Part shown: positions 63,041-64,000 of the stretch, piece after piece
Position numbering within the stretch: position 1 is the stretch's first letter
How the letters are laid out: every line of letters starts with the position of its first letter
Assembly (NCBI RefSeq): GCF_036321535.1
Contig: NC_087467.1
Location: 13,702,001-13,766,000 of the forward strand
Direction of reading: 5' to 3'
Length of the DNA: 64,000 nt
Origin: Camelus dromedarius
Lineage: Eukaryota
Notes under the pieces: generated by a model
Told to the model about the DNA's origin: nothing
Databases searched by the model: none
The model's input: only the letters and a program-made list of their open reading frames with translations
Made by a program: the position numbers and the translations under genes

Positions 63041-64000
63041 CCAGGTTGGCTCCTTGGAGCACCGCCTTTCAAGAACGGGAAGCCTGGGGCATGAGATCAC
63101 TGCATCAGGGTTAGAGGTCAATGAAAATGACCCAGAGTCCGACTCAAGGCAAAGAAAAAATGCAGAGCAACCCATTTCTTTCCTTATAAGGCTTAGCTAG
63201 TGCAGCAAACCCAAGCTAGTATGAACCTCAGCTCAGAGTGAGTCTGAGCTGGAGTTCAAAGCCTTCTTTGACCTGTTTAATAAATTAGCTTCCAAAATCA
63301 AACAGAAAGAAAACATTATGCCCCCTTAAGCGGTTTTAAAGAATATGCTTTTCAATCCTACATTTGGTTTCTTCACAAATATTATGGCAACGGGCATCAC
63401 ACTTGCGAACCGAGACACTTCCCCCTCCTTCACTGCTGCCCAAAATTGATATGGGTTTTCTATTTCTGCTGCCACCATCCTCAAGAGCCGTTTCTGCCAA
63501 GCCCAGTCCTTTGTCGCTTCTGTACAAGATGTACTATCCCTCAGTTTGAACACTGTCGTTTCAGTCCAAGAGGAAAAAAAAGGAGGGCTATATAAATAAA
63601 TCTTTATTACTGTCACAGCATTGTTAAAGAATTTCCTAGCTTGAGCTGCTCTTCGTTTGAAATCACCACCTTATCAGGGCAGAGAGGATACTGCTAGGCG
63701 TTTTAAATTAAGGAAGANNNNNNNNNNNNNNNNNNNNNNNNNNNNNNNNNNNNNNNNNNNNNNNNNNNNNNNNNNNNNNNNNNNNNNNNNNNNNNNNNNN
63801 NNNNNNNNNNNNNNNNNNNNNNNNNNNNNNNNNNNNNNNNNNNNNNNNNNNNNNNNNNNNNNNNNTGATTCCTAAAACCAAAGTGCTTGTTACTTTTCCT
63901 CAGAAGTGAGGAAAATGCACCATTGACTCTGACTATGGGAAGCAGGGCCTGGTCTGAGGCAGGCTGAGCCTGACAAGGATGGACAGACACATCTTCCATG

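Noticed and set aside
63229-63251. 9-bp-stem hairpins (also 63894-63915 and ~13770)
   Set aside because: A few 8-9-bp stems with short loops are expected by chance in 64 kb, and there is no pre-miRNA-length stem.
63326-63616. ORF with ENPYQFW...RFASVMPVA, reminiscent of a hAT dimerisation domain
   Set aside because: It lacks the diagnostic P.SS...ER.FS motif, and no terminal inverted repeats are seen.

Overview
Mammalian non-coding genomic window, most likely camelid. The evidence is a young L1 3' end of the alpaca/camel type and no Alu, B1/B2, Bov-tA, PRE1 or Can-SINE copies. I recognise no protein-coding exon, RNA gene or CRISPR array, so the window is intergenic or deep intronic. A large share of it is interspersed repeats: three old + strand L1s with ORF1/ORF2 remnants, three short younger - strand L1 3' ends, a two-LTR ERVL-class provirus (LTR40-like) with nested insertions, solo LTRs (MLT1, MLT2, LTR41-, MER21-, MER34- and MER31/67-like), L2, MIR, a CR1/L3 relic and hAT MITEs. 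The long ORFs in the track come from CA-rich microsatellites, N runs or retroelement remnants. The most notable unexplained signals are a set of minus-strand splice signals (best at 52.27-52.46 kb, next to a near-perfect CTCF site), a repeat-free CNE-like block at 9.7-11.1 kb, and N runs that look like base-for-base masks rather than gaps. I cannot support a claim of a novel biological system. Repeat family names come from my recall of consensus sequences, not a database search, and boundaries without target-site duplications (TSDs) are approximate.
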